Shown: positions 39,433-50,427 of the stretch, in pieces
How the letters are laid out: every line of letters begins with the position of its first letter
Numbering within the stretch: position 1 is the stretch's first letter
Source: Alphaproteobacteria bacterium
GTDB taxonomy: Bacteria; Pseudomonadota; Alphaproteobacteria; RF32; CAG-239
Reading direction: 5' to 3'
Length of the DNA stretch: 64,000 nt
Assembly: GCA_900767645.1 (NCBI GenBank)
Contig: CAAFZY010000035.1
Location: forward strand, 1,130 to 65,129
The notes under the pieces: model-generated
What the model saw: the letters and a program-made list of their open reading frames with translations, nothing else
Databases searched by the model: none
What the model was told of the DNA's origin: nothing
Translations under genes and position numbers: made by a program

Positions 39433-40509
39433 TTAATCGGTCATAACATATTCGCCGTTTTTATATTGATAAAAATCATAATGCAAGCGGTTGCCGGTTG
39501 AACCGTTACTGACCAAATTTTCGCCCCATGGCGTTTTCAGCCCGTTTTTTTTAACGGTTGCCGCCAATTTGTTATAATCAAAGCTCTTGTTTTCTTTTAC
39601 CAACTCCGCCCATGTTTTTACCGAAGCATAAGCATATCCGCCCAATCCGGTAAGTTCAACCCCGCGCAAACGAAGTTTAACCATCATCTCGGCAAAATCA
39701 GGATTATTCTGAAAACTCGGCAATGCCATAAAATAAACATCGTCAAGCCAATCGGCAGCATATTCGAACAATGAATCTCCTACCGCATATTTACCGGTAA
39801 CAATCACCATATCCGGCTTTTTTTGCTTAATATTGCGTATCATTTTTGCAATTTTTTTCGGCTCACCGGAAATAAAAACCACTTCTTCACCCGCCGCCAC
39901 AATATTTTTTGCCAAATCATCTAAACCGGAATTACCGAAAACATAAGAAGTTAAAAGCGATGATTTACCATATTTACGAAACTCATCATACATTGAATTA
40001 AACGCTTTGACCTGATAATCGGCGTTTGACAAAAATGCCACTCGTTTACCCGCATAACGCGCATTGTAAAATTCAAAAAAATCTTTTCCGATTTGCGAAT
40101 TAAACTCAACTTCTCTTGTAATGTTAAAGCGGTTGTTTATCGGTATAATTTGAAAAATTTTTGCGGTTGAATAGGTTTTAGCCACCTTTTCAACATTATT
40201 GGAACAATACGGACCTATTACCAACGCAGGCTTGTTTTCCATACCGACAGCCAACATTTGCGCGGTTGAAACCGCCAAATTATCGCTACAAGCATCATCA
40301 ATGCTCATCAGCTCAAGCTTTTTACCTTTTATACCGCCGTTATTGTTAATTTCATCAATTGCCGTTTTAGCTCCAAAATTAAGCTCATCGCCCCACATTT
40401 TATATTCACCGGTTTTAGGAGCAATCAGCGCAACTTTAACTGTTGCCGACAAAACAGACGGCGTAAAGCAGCATAAAAAAGCAACAATGTTTACAATTTG
40501 TTTAAGCAT
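39433..40509 (-). CDS. ABC transporter periplasmic substrate-binding protein (LivJ/branched-chain amino acid family)
   Basis: Signal peptide, then VKVALIAPKTGEYKMWGDELNFGAKTAIDEINNNGGIKGKKLEL typical of type-I PBPs of the Liv family. Confidence 0.7.
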   Translation of the reverse strand: MLKQIVNIVAFLCCFTPSVLSATVKVALIAPKTGEYKMWGDELNFGAKTAIDEINNNGGIKGKKLELMSIDDACSDNLAVSTAQMLAVGMENKPALVIGPYCSNNVEKVAKTYSTAKIFQIIPINNRFNITREVEFNSQIGKDFFEFYNARYAGKRVAFLSNADYQVKAFNSMYDEFRKYGKSSLLTSYVFGNSGLDDLAKNIVAAGEEVVFISGEPKKIAKMIRNIKQKKPDMVIVTGKYAVGDSLFEYAADWLDDVYFMALPSFQNNPDFAEMMVKLRLRGVELTGLGGYAYASVKTWAELVKENKSFDYNKLAATVKKNGLKTPWGENLVSNGSTGNRLHYDFYQYKNGEYVMTD

Positions 40510-40649
40510 TTCCGATAGACTGTTGTTATTGATGTTTGAGAATGTATATCACTGATATAAAAAAATCAACCATTAAAAAAATTATTGCAAATTTTAGACA
40601 AATATGTTATATATCGGGTATAAACTTAAAAACACAACAAAGGAGCAAG

Positions 40650-41090
40650 ATGATGAAATATGTGCAAAACAAGGACGGAACTTTAAGTACCGAAACTGAT
40701 TATAAACAAAACCTCAACTGGGAAGGTAATGATCATAAAGACCAAAAGATTGAAAGAACCGCATATCAGGAATTAGGCGTTTCCGAAAAGACTCGCGTCA
40801 GCCGCTTTATGAAAAAGCACCCTGAATTAGCAACCACGCCGGAAAGAGCCGAATATTTCAGAAATCTTGCCGCCAAAGAGCTGATTGAAGTTCGCAACGA
40901 AAATAATGCTCTCGTTGCTGCCGGCAAGGCACCGTTAGTCAGCGCCGATTATGACTTATTGTTGCCCAAAGAAGGTGTTATCAAAAGCGCATGGCGCGCC
41001 AAACAAGAACATCAAATGAAAAAAGAAGCTATCAAAAGCCGCGTTTCAATGTATAATGATGCTTTAGGCAACGGAGCTCGTGAATTTTAA
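40650..41090 (+). CDS. Hypothetical protein (146 aa)
   Basis: AGGAG RBS then ATGATG. Followed by hairpin terminator 41113-41145. Confidence 0.45.
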   Translation: MMKYVQNKDGTLSTETDYKQNLNWEGNDHKDQKIERTAYQELGVSEKTRVSRFMKKHPELATTPERAEYFRNLAAKELIEVRNENNALVAAGKAPLVSADYDLLLPKEGVIKSAWRAKQEHQMKKEAIKSRVSMYNDALGNGAREF

Positions 41091-41112
41091 TTGCACCCGC
41101 ATAATCAATAAA

Positions 41113-41145
41113 AAAAGCTTGCAGAATTGCAGGCTTTTTTTATTG
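41113..41145 (+). terminator. Rho-independent terminator
   Basis: AAGCTTGCAGAATTGCAGGCTT hairpin plus T7. Confidence 0.5.
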
Positions 41146-41195
41146 CCTTTTGTTACTATTTTGATTATATTATCGCCTGTTTCAGGAGATAATAC

Positions 41196-44006
41196 ATGGC
41201 AGATAAATTTATTGAAATTAAGGGCGCCCGCGAGCATAATCTTAAAAACATAGACATCAACATTCCCAAAGACAAACTCACGGTTATCACCGGCTTATCC
41301 GGTTCCGGCAAATCTTCGCTTGCCTTTGACACTGTTTATGCCGAAGGTCAGCGTCGCTATGTTGAAAGTTTATCCTCTTATGCCCGCCAGTTTTTAGACT
41401 TGATGAAAAAGCCCGATGTCGATTCTATTGAAGGCTTATCGCCTGCCATTTCCATTGAGCAAAAAACCACCTCGCATAATCCGCGTTCCACTGTCGGCAC
41501 CGTTACCGAAATTTATGACTACATGCGTTTATTATGGGCGCGCGCCGGCACTCCTTATTCACCGACAACCGGCCTGCCGATTGAATCGCAAACCGTATCG
41601 CAAATGGTTGATAAAATAACCGCCTATCCTGAAGGAACCAAAATTATTTTATCCGCCCCGATTGCCCGCGGCAAAAAAGGCGAGTTCAAAAAAGAGTTTG
41701 AAACCTTACAAAAGCAAGGATACCAACGCGTAAACATTGACGGAACCATATATGGCATTGAAGAAGTTCCGTCCTTAAACAAAAATCAAAAACATGATAT
41801 TGAAGTGGTGGTTGACCGTTTAGTCGTTAAATCAGGCATTGCCGACCGATTAAGCCAATCAATTGAAACCGCCCTCAAATTAAGCGACGGGCTCTTGTTT
41901 GTAAATTTTACCGACGGTAGTGAACGCAAAATATTTTCATCTAAATTTGCCTGTCCCGTATCCGGTTTTACCATTGAAGAAATTGAGCCGCGCCTGTTTT
42001 CATTTAACAACCCGTACGGTGCCTGCCCGCATTGCGACGGCATCGGCGCCAAACTTTACATGGACCCGCGGTTAATTGTTCCCAATGAAAATTTAAGCAT
42101 CGAAAAAGGAGCGATTGCCCCATGGTACGGATTCAGAACTTCATTTTACAGCCAAACAATTAACTCGTTGTGCGACTTTTTACGCATTTCGCCCAAAACT
42201 CCGTGGAAAGATTTACCTGAAAAAGCCAAACAAATAATTTTATACGGCTCCGGCAATGTCAGCGTTCCGATGTATTATTCGCGCTTTGTAACCGAAAAAC
42301 CGTTTGAAGGCGTTATTCCCAATATGGAACGCCGTTTTCTTGAAACCGATTCCATGGCATCACGCGAGGAACTTTCGCATTATCAATCGGCCGCCCCGTG
42401 CGAGGCCTGCGGAGGCAAACGCTTAAAACCTGAAGCTTTAGCGGTTAAAATTTGCGGCTTTGATATTATGCAGGCTTCCGATATGTCAATTAAAAATGCT
42501 TTGCAATGGTTTGGTAAAGTTGAAGAGCAGCTCTCGCCGCAAAAACGTGAAATTGCGCACAAAATTTTAAAAGAAATTATCACCCGCCTGCAATTTTTGA
42601 ACAATGTCGGACTTGAGTATTTAACTTTATCGCGGCAATCAGGCAGCCTGTCAGGCGGTGAATCTCAGCGTATCCGCCTTGCCTCGCAAATCGGTTCCGG
42701 CTTAACCGGAGTTATGTATGTGCTTGACGAACCGTCAATCGGGTTGCATCAACGCGATAACGACCGCTTGCTTGAAACCTTAACCCGCCTGCGCGACATC
42801 GGCAATACCGTTATTGTGGTTGAGCATGATGAAGACGCCATTCGGGCGGCTGACTTTTTGGTTGATATGGGACCGCGCGCCGGTGATGAAGGCGGCAAAG
42901 TTACCGCTTCCGGCACGGTTGCCGAAGTTCTTAAAAGTAAAAACAGCCTTACCGCGCAATATTTGAACGGCGAAAAATTTATTGCCGTTCCCGCCAAACG
43001 CCGCAAAGGCAACGGTAAGTTTCTTGAAATCAGCGGTGTGCGCACCAACAACTTAAAAAATATTGACTTAAAGCTTCCGCTCGGAACTTTAACCTGTGTC
43101 ACCGGTGTGTCCGGCAGCGGCAAGTCATCGCTTATACTTGAAACATTATATAAAGCCCTAGACAAAGAAATTAACGGCTCACGCGAACCGGCCGGATTTT
43201 ACAACTCGGTTAAAGGGGCTGAAAATATTGATAAAATTATTGATATTGACCAATCGCCTATCGGGCGCACTCCGCGCTCCAATCCGGCAACTTACACCGG
43301 CTTGTTTACCTATATCCGCGATTGGTTTGCCGGTCTGCCGGAAGCCAAAGCCCGCGGTTATTCCGCCGGCAGATTTTCGTTTAACGTGGCAGGCGGACGC
43401 TGCGAAGCCTGTAAAGGCGACGGCGTTACCAAAATTGAAATGCATTTTTTGCCTGATGTTTATGTTGAGTGCGAAGTATGCAAAGGCAAGCGCTTTAACC
43501 GTGAAACCTTGGAAGTTAAATATAAAGACAAATCCATTGCCGATGTTTTAGATATGACTATTGATGAAGCTTACAAATTTTTTGACGCTATTCCGGCTAT
43601 TAAAAACCGGCTTGACCTGTTGCGGCAGGTCGGCTTAGGCTATGTAAAACTCGGACAGCCCGCCACCACTCTTTCGGGCGGCGAAGCTCAGCGTATTAAG
43701 CTTTCTAAAGAGCTTTCCAAAAAAGCAACCGGAAAAACGCTGTACATTTTAGACGAGCCGACAACCGGATTGCATTTTGACGACATCAACAAACTTTTGA
43801 AAGTGTTGCATCAATTGGTTGAAAACGGCAACAGCATGATTGTGATTGAACATAACTTAGACGTGATTAAAACCGCCGATTATATTGTCGATATCGGCCC
43901 CGAAGGCGGCGACGGCGGCGGTAAGATTATTGCTCAAGGCACTCCGGAACAAGTTGCCAAAGCGGGTGTCGGCTACACGGCTAAATATTTGAAAGACAAA
44001 TTATGA
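41196..44006 (+). CDS. uvrA: Excinuclease ABC subunit A
   Basis: 936 aa. Two ABC modules ([16 protein letters not shown]), zinc-finger CxxC pairs, LSGGE signature motifs. Confidence 0.9.
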   Translation: MADKFIEIKGAREHNLKNIDINIPKDKLTVITGLSGSGKSSLAFDTVYAEGQRRYVESLSSYARQFLDLMKKPDVDSIEGLSPAISIEQKTTSHNPRSTVGTVTEIYDYMRLLWARAGTPYSPTTGLPIESQTVSQMVDKITAYPEGTKIILSAPIARGKKGEFKKEFETLQKQGYQRVNIDGTIYGIEEVPSLNKNQKHDIEVVVDRLVVKSGIADRLSQSIETALKLSDGLLFVNFTDGSERKIFSSKFACPVSGFTIEEIEPRLFSFNNPYGACPHCDGIGAKLYMDPRLIVPNENLSIEKGAIAPWYGFRTSFYSQTINSLCDFLRISPKTPWKDLPEKAKQIILYGSGNVSVPMYYSRFVTEKPFEGVIPNMERRFLETDSMASREELSHYQSAAPCEACGGKRLKPEALAVKICGFDIMQASDMSIKNALQWFGKVEEQLSPQKREIAHKILKEIITRLQFLNNVGLEYLTLSRQSGSLSGGESQRIRLASQIGSGLTGVMYVLDEPSIGLHQRDNDRLLETLTRLRDIGNTVIVVEHDEDAIRAADFLVDMGPRAGDEGGKVTASGTVAEVLKSKNSLTAQYLNGEKFIAVPAKRRKGNGKFLEISGVRTNNLKNIDLKLPLGTLTCVTGVSGSGKSSLILETLYKALDKEINGSREPAGFYNSVKGAENIDKIIDIDQSPIGRTPRSNPATYTGLFTYIRDWFAGLPEAKARGYSAGRFSFNVAGGRCEACKGDGVTKIEMHFLPDVYVECEVCKGKRFNRETLEVKYKDKSIADVLDMTIDEAYKFFDAIPAIKNRLDLLRQVGLGYVKLGQPATTLSGGEAQRIKLSKELSKKATGKTLYILDEPTTGLHFDDINKLLKVLHQLVENGNSMIVIEHNLDVIKTADYIVDIGPEGGDGGGKIIAQGTPEQVAKAGVGYTAKYLKDKL

Positions 44007-45106
44007 TAAAGCACTTATATATATTCAGGCACGGTGAAACCGACTATAATGCCGCCGGAAAACTTCAGGGACAAACCTTAAATGTCGGCTTAAATGCCAA
44101 CGGACGCCGGCAGGCGGAAACATTGGCGACGGATTTACAAGATAAAGGCTTGGAATATATAATTTCAAGTCCGTTAAAACGCGCCGCCGAAACCGCGCAA
44201 ATTGTGGCAGATAAATTACATCTTCCGGTTAAAGAAGATAATCATTTTATTGAGGGAAATTTCGGCGAAGTTGAAGGCAAAACCAAAACTGAACTTTCCA
44301 TAGAACAATGGCAAACTATTGATGACTGGATTAAACTTGATAAGCAATTTTTAGACGTGCATTTTAAGGGTGGCGAAAGCAAACGCCAAATTATGAACCG
44401 TGCCGTTGCCGGACTGCAAGCCGCAGTAAAATTGCCGTATAATCACATCGGCATTTCAACCCATAGCGCGGTTTTACGTATGGTATTGCTCTATTTAGGC
44501 AAAAAGCAAAATCATATTGATAACGCAAAAGCTTTTCATATTATTTATAAAGACGGCAAATTTAAGTTAGCCGACCATGAAAAAATTTTGCTGCTCTCAT
44601 GTTGCGCGCCGTGTTCTTGCGCCGTAATTAAAACCATGGCGGAACAAGGAGCCGATTTTGCGGTTGCCTTTTATAACCCTAACATTCGCCCCTACTCTGA
44701 ATATGAAAAACGCCGCGATGAAAACCTGCGGGTTTGCCAAATTTACGGCGTGCCGTTTATTGAGCTTGAATACGATAATGACCGCTGGTGCCAAGAGATT
44801 AAAGGACTTGAAAATGAGCCGGAACGCGGCAAGCGCTGCAGTTTGTGCTTTAAAATGCGCATTGTCCGCACTATGGAATACGCGCGGCAAAACGGCTTTA
44901 CCGCCGTGGCTTCAGTGCTTGGCGTTTCACGCTATAAAAACCTCAATCAGGTAAATGCGGCGGCTGATTTAGCGGTGCGTGAAGCCCACTGCCCTTATGT
45001 TGAAATTGAAGGTCGCAAAAACGGCATGCAGGAATTGCGCGCCGAATTAATAAAAGAGCTGAACTTGTATAATCAAGATTATTGCGGTTGCACCCCGCGT
45101 AAATAG
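44003..45106 (+). CDS. Fusion protein: histidine phosphatase (PGM-like) domain plus QueH-like epoxyqueuosine reductase (DUF208) domain
   Basis: N-terminal FRHGETDYN...SSPLKRA...STHSAV (His phosphatase). C-terminal half with [10 protein letters not shown] and further CxxC/Cys motifs typical of QueH. Start overlaps uvrA stop. Confidence 0.6.
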   Translation: MIKHLYIFRHGETDYNAAGKLQGQTLNVGLNANGRRQAETLATDLQDKGLEYIISSPLKRAAETAQIVADKLHLPVKEDNHFIEGNFGEVEGKTKTELSIEQWQTIDDWIKLDKQFLDVHFKGGESKRQIMNRAVAGLQAAVKLPYNHIGISTHSAVLRMVLLYLGKKQNHIDNAKAFHIIYKDGKFKLADHEKILLLSCCAPCSCAVIKTMAEQGADFAVAFYNPNIRPYSEYEKRRDENLRVCQIYGVPFIELEYDNDRWCQEIKGLENEPERGKRCSLCFKMRIVRTMEYARQNGFTAVASVLGVSRYKNLNQVNAAADLAVREAHCPYVEIEGRKNGMQELRAELIKELNLYNQDYCGCTPRK

Positions 45107-45124
45107 TAGTTTTCATACAACTTA

Positions 45125-45210
45125 TACACAGCACGGACTCGTAAATATTGCAAAAAAAAAACGCGAGCTAAAATCTTTTCAAAACTAACTTTTTGAGAGG
45201 ATTTTAGCTC
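45125..45210 (+). promoter_or_regulatory. Conserved leader cassette copy 2
   Basis: Near-identical to 31715-31809. Confidence 0.55.
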
Positions 45211-45846
45211 ATGAATATACAATCGGGAAGAAGTATGGTAGAAATGCTTGGCGTTCTGGCGATAATAGGAGTATTGAGCGTCGGGGCGATTGCCGGTTAC
45301 TCAAAGGCAATGATGAAGTATAAGCTTAATAAATACGCCGAACAGATGAACACCGTAATTAATGCCGTGGCGCGCAATACGCATAGCTTTGGCGATCTCG
45401 GCGCCGGCACTCATTTGACCCCTATCTTTATCAAAATGGGTGAAATTCCCGTTGAAATGATAAAAGCCGGCGATACAAATAACATTTATGATATTTTCGG
45501 ACAAACATGGATAATTTTTATTAACAGCTCAAATAATACAATATTTCTGCAAACCGGCTCTTCAGCTCCATCTTTACGAACCTCATCAGCCGATAATTTG
45601 GCAATATGTCAAAACATTTTTACAACCGCCAAAGAAAATGCAGCTAATATTGCTTATATAAACACCATAAGCAATTACGGAACTGAAAACGCAATCGTGA
45701 AAATGTGGTATGGAGATATCTATTGCGGCCGAGAGGGTAATACATGTTTACGAAATATGACACTAGATGACATTTACAATACATGTACTGCGCATAAAGG
45801 AGTCAGTCAGCCGATTATGTATCAAATGACATGGGTGAAAAATTGA
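45211..45846 (+). CDS. Type IV pilin-like protein, paralog 2
   Basis: MNIQSG|RSMVEMLGVLAIIGVLSVGAIAGY. Conserved ICQNIFTTAKEN. C-terminal YCGREGNTCLRNM...C. Confidence 0.6.
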   Translation: MNIQSGRSMVEMLGVLAIIGVLSVGAIAGYSKAMMKYKLNKYAEQMNTVINAVARNTHSFGDLGAGTHLTPIFIKMGEIPVEMIKAGDTNNIYDIFGQTWIIFINSSNNTIFLQTGSSAPSLRTSSADNLAICQNIFTTAKENAANIAYINTISNYGTENAIVKMWYGDIYCGREGNTCLRNMTLDDIYNTCTAHKGVSQPIMYQMTWVKN

Positions 45847-45989
45847 TAAATTGTAATTTTTCTGCCGTGTACAAATAGTTACATCAAACGCCAAAAAAAT
45901 CCTGCGGATAGTGTGGCTAATGCGCCGCAAGTTTTTTCTGCGGTGTACAAAACCGCTACATAAAGAAAAAACTTGCAAGCAGGAGCCCG

Positions 45990-47300
45990 CTAGACGCAGG
46001 ATTTCACAACAGGTTTAAAAAATTCAACCATATAACTTGCCGCGTCAAATATGTGCCCGAGATAAAGCTTGTTGTCATCGTCGGCAATTTGCGCGGGGGT
46101 CGGGGCGTCAATCAGGCTGGTGCCGTCCTTAAACTTCAGGTTCTTCATATTGTAAATAAGCCACTTGCACTGCGGGTGTACCAACACATTGCGCGAGCCG
46201 TCATCGGTCAAAACCTGCTTGTTAAACGCGTTCACCCGCGCCAAAATCGGCGGATTAAACGAGCGCAAATTAAGCCGATAATGATAGCCCGCTTTGGCAA
46301 GCGTGTTGACAATAATCGCATAGTCGGAATATCGGCTCTGCGTTTTGCGATACTTGCCGGAAGCGTCGCCGCAAATCTGCACCACGCCCTTAAAGGTTTC
46401 GGGCGGATAACGCCGGATAAACTCGTCAACCACGTCTTGCGTAATCACGTTGTTTAACACCAGCTCGTCAAAAATAAAAAACTTGGTGCCGTCATAGTGC
46501 GCAAGCGTAGACATCGCCGGATTAACGTTAAAATCCAAGCTCCAGTATATGTCCAAATCGGGGCAGTAGCGAATACGCTCGTCAATGTTGGCGGGCGACC
46601 AGTATTTAACCACGCGGGCAACATTGGCGCCTTTGGGCTTGTTTAAGTAGTCACGCTCATATTCGTCGGGCTTGTTCTTTTTAACAAGTTCGGCATAGTT
46701 TAAGAACTTTTCTGAAAGCACGCCCAAATGCTGCACTTCCGGATAGTTCACCTCCACAAAATAAGTTTTTTCCGGCGCGGTCATATTGTCATAATCCAAA
46801 AACAGCGCGCCCTCTAACGGCAACTCGTCGGATATGCGATTGTAAACGGCAATTAAAACCGCGCCCTCTTTACGAATTGTCTTGAGCAAAACGTCCCAAA
46901 CCGGAGCCGTCACCGCCTGCGCCTCGTCTACAAGCCAAATATCCACCTGCGCCAAGCCTTTAATCGCCTCGCGGGCATTGGCGTTGCTGTCGCGCAAGCC
47001 CAAAAAGGTTATGGAAGAACCGGTGCGCTCGTATTTTATCATTTCAGAGTTATACTTAAAGCCGCGATTCTTAAACTCGCCGTCAATTAATGCCTGAAAC
47101 TCGCTGATAAGGCTGTCTTTCTGGCTGGTTTTGGTCTCCCTAAAGCACACCACGCGCTTTTGGCTCTTCATCATCGCCACCAACACCGCGCGGCAGGCGT
47201 GACCGGTTTTAAGACTCCCTCGGCCGCCGGTCAAAACAAACGTGTCATACCGCCCCGAATCAAGCTTTAATAACGGCTCATATTTTTTATAAAACTGCAT
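45990..47300 (-). CDS. Phage terminase large subunit
   Basis: 436 aa. Walker A LTGGRGSLKTGHACRA, Walker B DIWLVDEAQ. C-terminal RNaseH-like nuclease region with acidic residues (PBSX/GTA-type terminase). Confidence 0.75.
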   Translation of the reverse strand: MQFYKKYEPLLKLDSGRYDTFVLTGGRGSLKTGHACRAVLVAMMKSQKRVVCFRETKTSQKDSLISEFQALIDGEFKNRGFKYNSEMIKYERTGSSITFLGLRDSNANAREAIKGLAQVDIWLVDEAQAVTAPVWDVLLKTIRKEGAVLIAVYNRISDELPLEGALFLDYDNMTAPEKTYFVEVNYPEVQHLGVLSEKFLNYAELVKKNKPDEYERDYLNKPKGANVARVVKYWSPANIDERIRYCPDLDIYWSLDFNVNPAMSTLAHYDGTKFFIFDELVLNNVITQDVVDEFIRRYPPETFKGVVQICGDASGKYRKTQSRYSDYAIIVNTLAKAGYHYRLNLRSFNPPILARVNAFNKQVLTDDGSRNVLVHPQCKWLIYNMKNLKFKDGTSLIDAPTPAQIADDDNKLYLGHIFDAASYMVEFFKPVVKSCV

Positions 47301-47312
47301 ATATCGCCCCTT

Positions 47313-47720
47313 TTACATAAAAGTCAGCGGAATATTATCATGTTGCCTTACATGCAACAAAATTTTCGACAATGCTTTTTTATAACGCGAATACAAACTG
47401 TTACGACTTAGCCCGAAGCTATGAGCCAGTGTTTTCCAACGCCAACCGGAGTTTTTATAAAACACTAAATTACGAGTATTATAATCAAGCACCTTAAACC
47501 AGTTTTCAAAAACCATATTCATATCGTCAATTTCTTCTTTATACGGAGTAATTCGCTTAGAATCTGGAATTTGAATATCAATACTCAAATCAGGCTTAAA
47601 CTCCGGCCATGAAGAAGAAACTTTTTTAGGTCCTTCTTTTGGTAGGCTTTTTAATACCAAAACCGCTTTACGTATTTCTGCTTCGACATCGTATATTGTT
47701 TTTACCGTTTCCATATCCAT
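47313..47720 (-). CDS. Phage terminase small subunit-like protein (HTH)
   Basis: 135 aa immediately upstream of the large terminase. HTH-like WRWKTLAHSFGLSRNSLYSRYKKAL. Confidence 0.5.
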   Translation of the reverse strand: MDMETVKTIYDVEAEIRKAVLVLKSLPKEGPKKVSSSWPEFKPDLSIDIQIPDSKRITPYKEEIDDMNMVFENWFKVLDYNTRNLVFYKNSGWRWKTLAHSFGLSRNSLYSRYKKALSKILLHVRQHDNIPLTFM

Positions 47721-47854
47721 TCCTATATTAATATTAATAACAATAATAATATAATAGATATTTAATAAAGAATGTCAATATTAAAAATAATATTTGCAAA
47801 AATATTGTTTTTAATATATAAATGCCACTTGTAAGAAATAAAAGGAGATACGCT

Positions 47855-48556
47855 ATGGCTGACATAGAAGAGATAAGAAAAAAAGTTGATAAACTGATTA
47901 CATCAAAAGGCTTTAACTATCGCGACCTATCACTCAAAATAGGGCGTAAAGATTCGTATATTCAACAATATGTTAAATACGGTTATCCGCGCCGCTTAAA
48001 AGAAATCGATCGTTCACGATTGGCCAGACTTCTTGATGTTGACGATACCGAACTGATGGATGATGAAATTATCGCTTCAAAAGCTTCAGGGTTACCTGAC
48101 GGCAAGCTTGAAATGATTTCAGATATTATCAAAAATTCAAATTCAGACGAAAACGGATTGGAAGCAATTGATATCCTCACTCCGCAAATCACTGAAAATG
48201 ATTTTTCACATAGTGTAATCGGAAAGCAATATATTAGTCGTCACATTTTGGAAGACATCACCGCATCCGATTCCAAAGACATTAAAATCATAAAAATCAC
48301 CAGCGATTCAATGAAGCCTTCAATCAACCCCGGCGATTATGTTTGGCTTGACACCTCGTACACCCTGCCGGAAACCGACGGATTGTATTTGTTTCCTTCA
48401 GGCAGAGATATTAACGTCAAACGGATTCAGATTTCCCCGCTCGATTCTTCAGTTGAAATAAGCAGCGATAACCCCAAATACAAAACCTATAAAGCGCAAA
48501 ACTATAAAGAGCTTCATACTTTAGGTAAAATCATCGCTTTGATACAAAAAATTTAA
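47855..48556 (+). CDS. Phage repressor-like protein (N-terminal HTH plus C-terminal S24 LexA/cI peptidase domain)
   Basis: AAGGAG RBS then ATG 47855. C-terminal SDSMKPSINPGDYVWLD...K (Ser/Lys dyad context). Confidence 0.6.
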   Translation: MADIEEIRKKVDKLITSKGFNYRDLSLKIGRKDSYIQQYVKYGYPRRLKEIDRSRLARLLDVDDTELMDDEIIASKASGLPDGKLEMISDIIKNSNSDENGLEAIDILTPQITENDFSHSVIGKQYISRHILEDITASDSKDIKIIKITSDSMKPSINPGDYVWLDTSYTLPETDGLYLFPSGRDINVKRIQISPLDSSVEISSDNPKYKTYKAQNYKELHTLGKIIALIQKI

Positions 48557-48660
48557 TCACAATTAATTTTTCGGCCGTCGAAATTGACGGCTTTTTTATT
48601 GCACACTAAATATTATTATTGATATATTAAAATAAATATGTTATAACTGTTTTTATAAAC

Positions 48661-49002
48661 ATGGAGAAAAAAATGAAAACACTTGATAACATTAACAACG
48701 ATATCAAAAACTTAAAAGAAGAAATGTTTTGTCAGGAAGTAGGCAATGATTTTTACTACACATCGCCTTTATATCACAAACACCTGATACGCTTGCACGC
48801 CCTTGAGCATGAGCGCGACATTTTACTTGGCAAAGAACCGCCCTTAAAAATGAATTTTGACACATATGACAACAACAAACAAATTATGTTAAAAAACATT
48901 GCCAAACAGGAAGGCGAATATTTTGCCAATGAATGCCGCGACTTAAAAGCTGAAGACATTTGCATATTAAGCGGCAACGCCTTTGATAAAACCGTTAATT
49001 AA
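48661..49002 (+). CDS. Hypothetical protein (113 aa)
   Basis: ORF only. Confidence 0.4.
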   Translation: MEKKMKTLDNINNDIKNLKEEMFCQEVGNDFYYTSPLYHKHLIRLHALEHERDILLGKEPPLKMNFDTYDNNKQIMLKNIAKQEGEYFANECRDLKAEDICILSGNAFDKTVN

Positions 49003-49110
49003 ACAACAATATTCTCTATTTATGCAATTTTCACAAAAAAAATACACAAAATGCAAAAAATAGACTGGACAATTAAAAAAATATCTATTATAAGACAATT
49101 CGTCAATGAC

Positions 49111-49186
<76 letters not shown>

Positions 49187-49188
49187 TT

Positions 49189-49216
49189 AAAAACTCTCCG
49201 CAAGGAGAGTTTTTTG
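49189..49216 (+). terminator. Rho-independent terminator after tRNA-Phe
   Basis: AAAACTCTCCGCAAGGAGAGTTTTTTG hairpin plus T-run. Confidence 0.55.
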
Positions 49217-49360
49217 TTTTTAAACCCTCACGGGATTGAACCGCCGTAAAAAAACGATTCGTTAGTATAATTTACGCACTGTTATAAAATTATCCTCTTT
49301 GAAGTGGTGCTCTATAAAATTCTATCCTGTGGAGAGGTGCCGAAGGCGTGGTGGTCTAAA

Positions 49361-49453
49361 ATACAACTTATGCACAGCACGGACTCGTAAATATTGCAAA
49401 AAAAAAACGCGAGCTAAAATCTTCTCAAATTAATCTTTTTGAGGATATTTTTG
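49361..49453 (+). promoter_or_regulatory. Conserved leader cassette copy 3
   Basis: Near-identical to 31715-31809, with a few substitutions in the hairpin (cttctcaaattaatctttttgaggatattttt). Confidence 0.5.
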
Positions 49454-50218
49454 ATGATGATAAAAAAATTTACTAATTTGTTTGACCTGGATTATCGGGT
49501 CAAGCCCGATAATGACAGAAAGAGGAAGGACGCATTGCTCAAGTTTGAGAATGACCGTGTTTGTGCAGGGCGGTCTATGGTCGAAATGCTTGGCGTGCTC
49601 GCTATCATCGGGGTTTTATCCGTCGGGGCAATTGCCGGTTATAGCAAAGCTATGTTCAAATACAAGCTCAACAAGCAGGTAGAAAGCTTTAACATGCTCT
49701 TAAACACCGCAATCCAGCTGCAACCCGATTTGCTCCGCACGGTCAATCAGGGCTCTCGTATTTCCAGTGAATTTTTCTATAAAGCCAATCTGCTCCCTGA
49801 TGGTATGACTTTTAAAAACAACCGTATTTACGACATTTTTAACAGCGAATTGAGTTTTATGTTTTACCATTCGCCTAAAAACGATCAAATTTCCGAATAT
49901 ACAGAATACTTTCTTGAATATAAAATGGAGCGTTCCGGCACATCTGCCACCTCACGAAGTATTGAAATTTGCCGCAATATGCTGAACGCCGCCAAAGAAA
50001 ACGCCGGAGATTTACCTTTTATCCAACTTCGCTCCGGCAAAGATGAAACCAGCGCAAATTTTGACACAAAATTTCTTTACGGCGACAAAGAATGCACCGG
50101 CAAACGCACTTGCCTGCGCAACATGGGCGTAAAAACCATGGACGATTTTTGCTCTTCCTGCAACTCTGAAAATTGGTGCACCATACTTTATTATATATAC
50201 TTTGATAACCCGTATTAA
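49454..50218 (+). CDS. Type IV pilin-like protein, paralog 3 (long leader peptide)
   Basis: ATG 49454 after the GAGGA SD of the conserved leader. ~38-aa leader then G|RSMVEMLGVLAIIGVLSVGAIAGY. Conserved ICRNMLNAAKEN. Cys-rich C-terminus. Confidence 0.55.
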   Translation: MMIKKFTNLFDLDYRVKPDNDRKRKDALLKFENDRVCAGRSMVEMLGVLAIIGVLSVGAIAGYSKAMFKYKLNKQVESFNMLLNTAIQLQPDLLRTVNQGSRISSEFFYKANLLPDGMTFKNNRIYDIFNSELSFMFYHSPKNDQISEYTEYFLEYKMERSGTSATSRSIEICRNMLNAAKENAGDLPFIQLRSGKDETSANFDTKFLYGDKECTGKRTCLRNMGVKTMDDFCSSCNSENWCTILYYIYFDNPY

Positions 50219-50427
50219 AAGCAAAGCCTTTACTAACTTTTTTTGTTGACGCTGAATAAAACTTGTTGTAGCTTATGTGCAGTTTGTTATTTTTGAGAAA
50301 GATGCAAAAATGAGGTTTATATACATACATTCCGGTAGTATCATTATCCCCTAAGGGGATACTTTTTTGCACACATTCACATTTTTTATTTTAATCAATT
50401 TCAAAAACATAATCATAGGTAAAAACA

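Noticed and set aside
41416-43551. ORFs inside uvrA on either strand
   Set aside because: uvrA motif content establishes the real frame.
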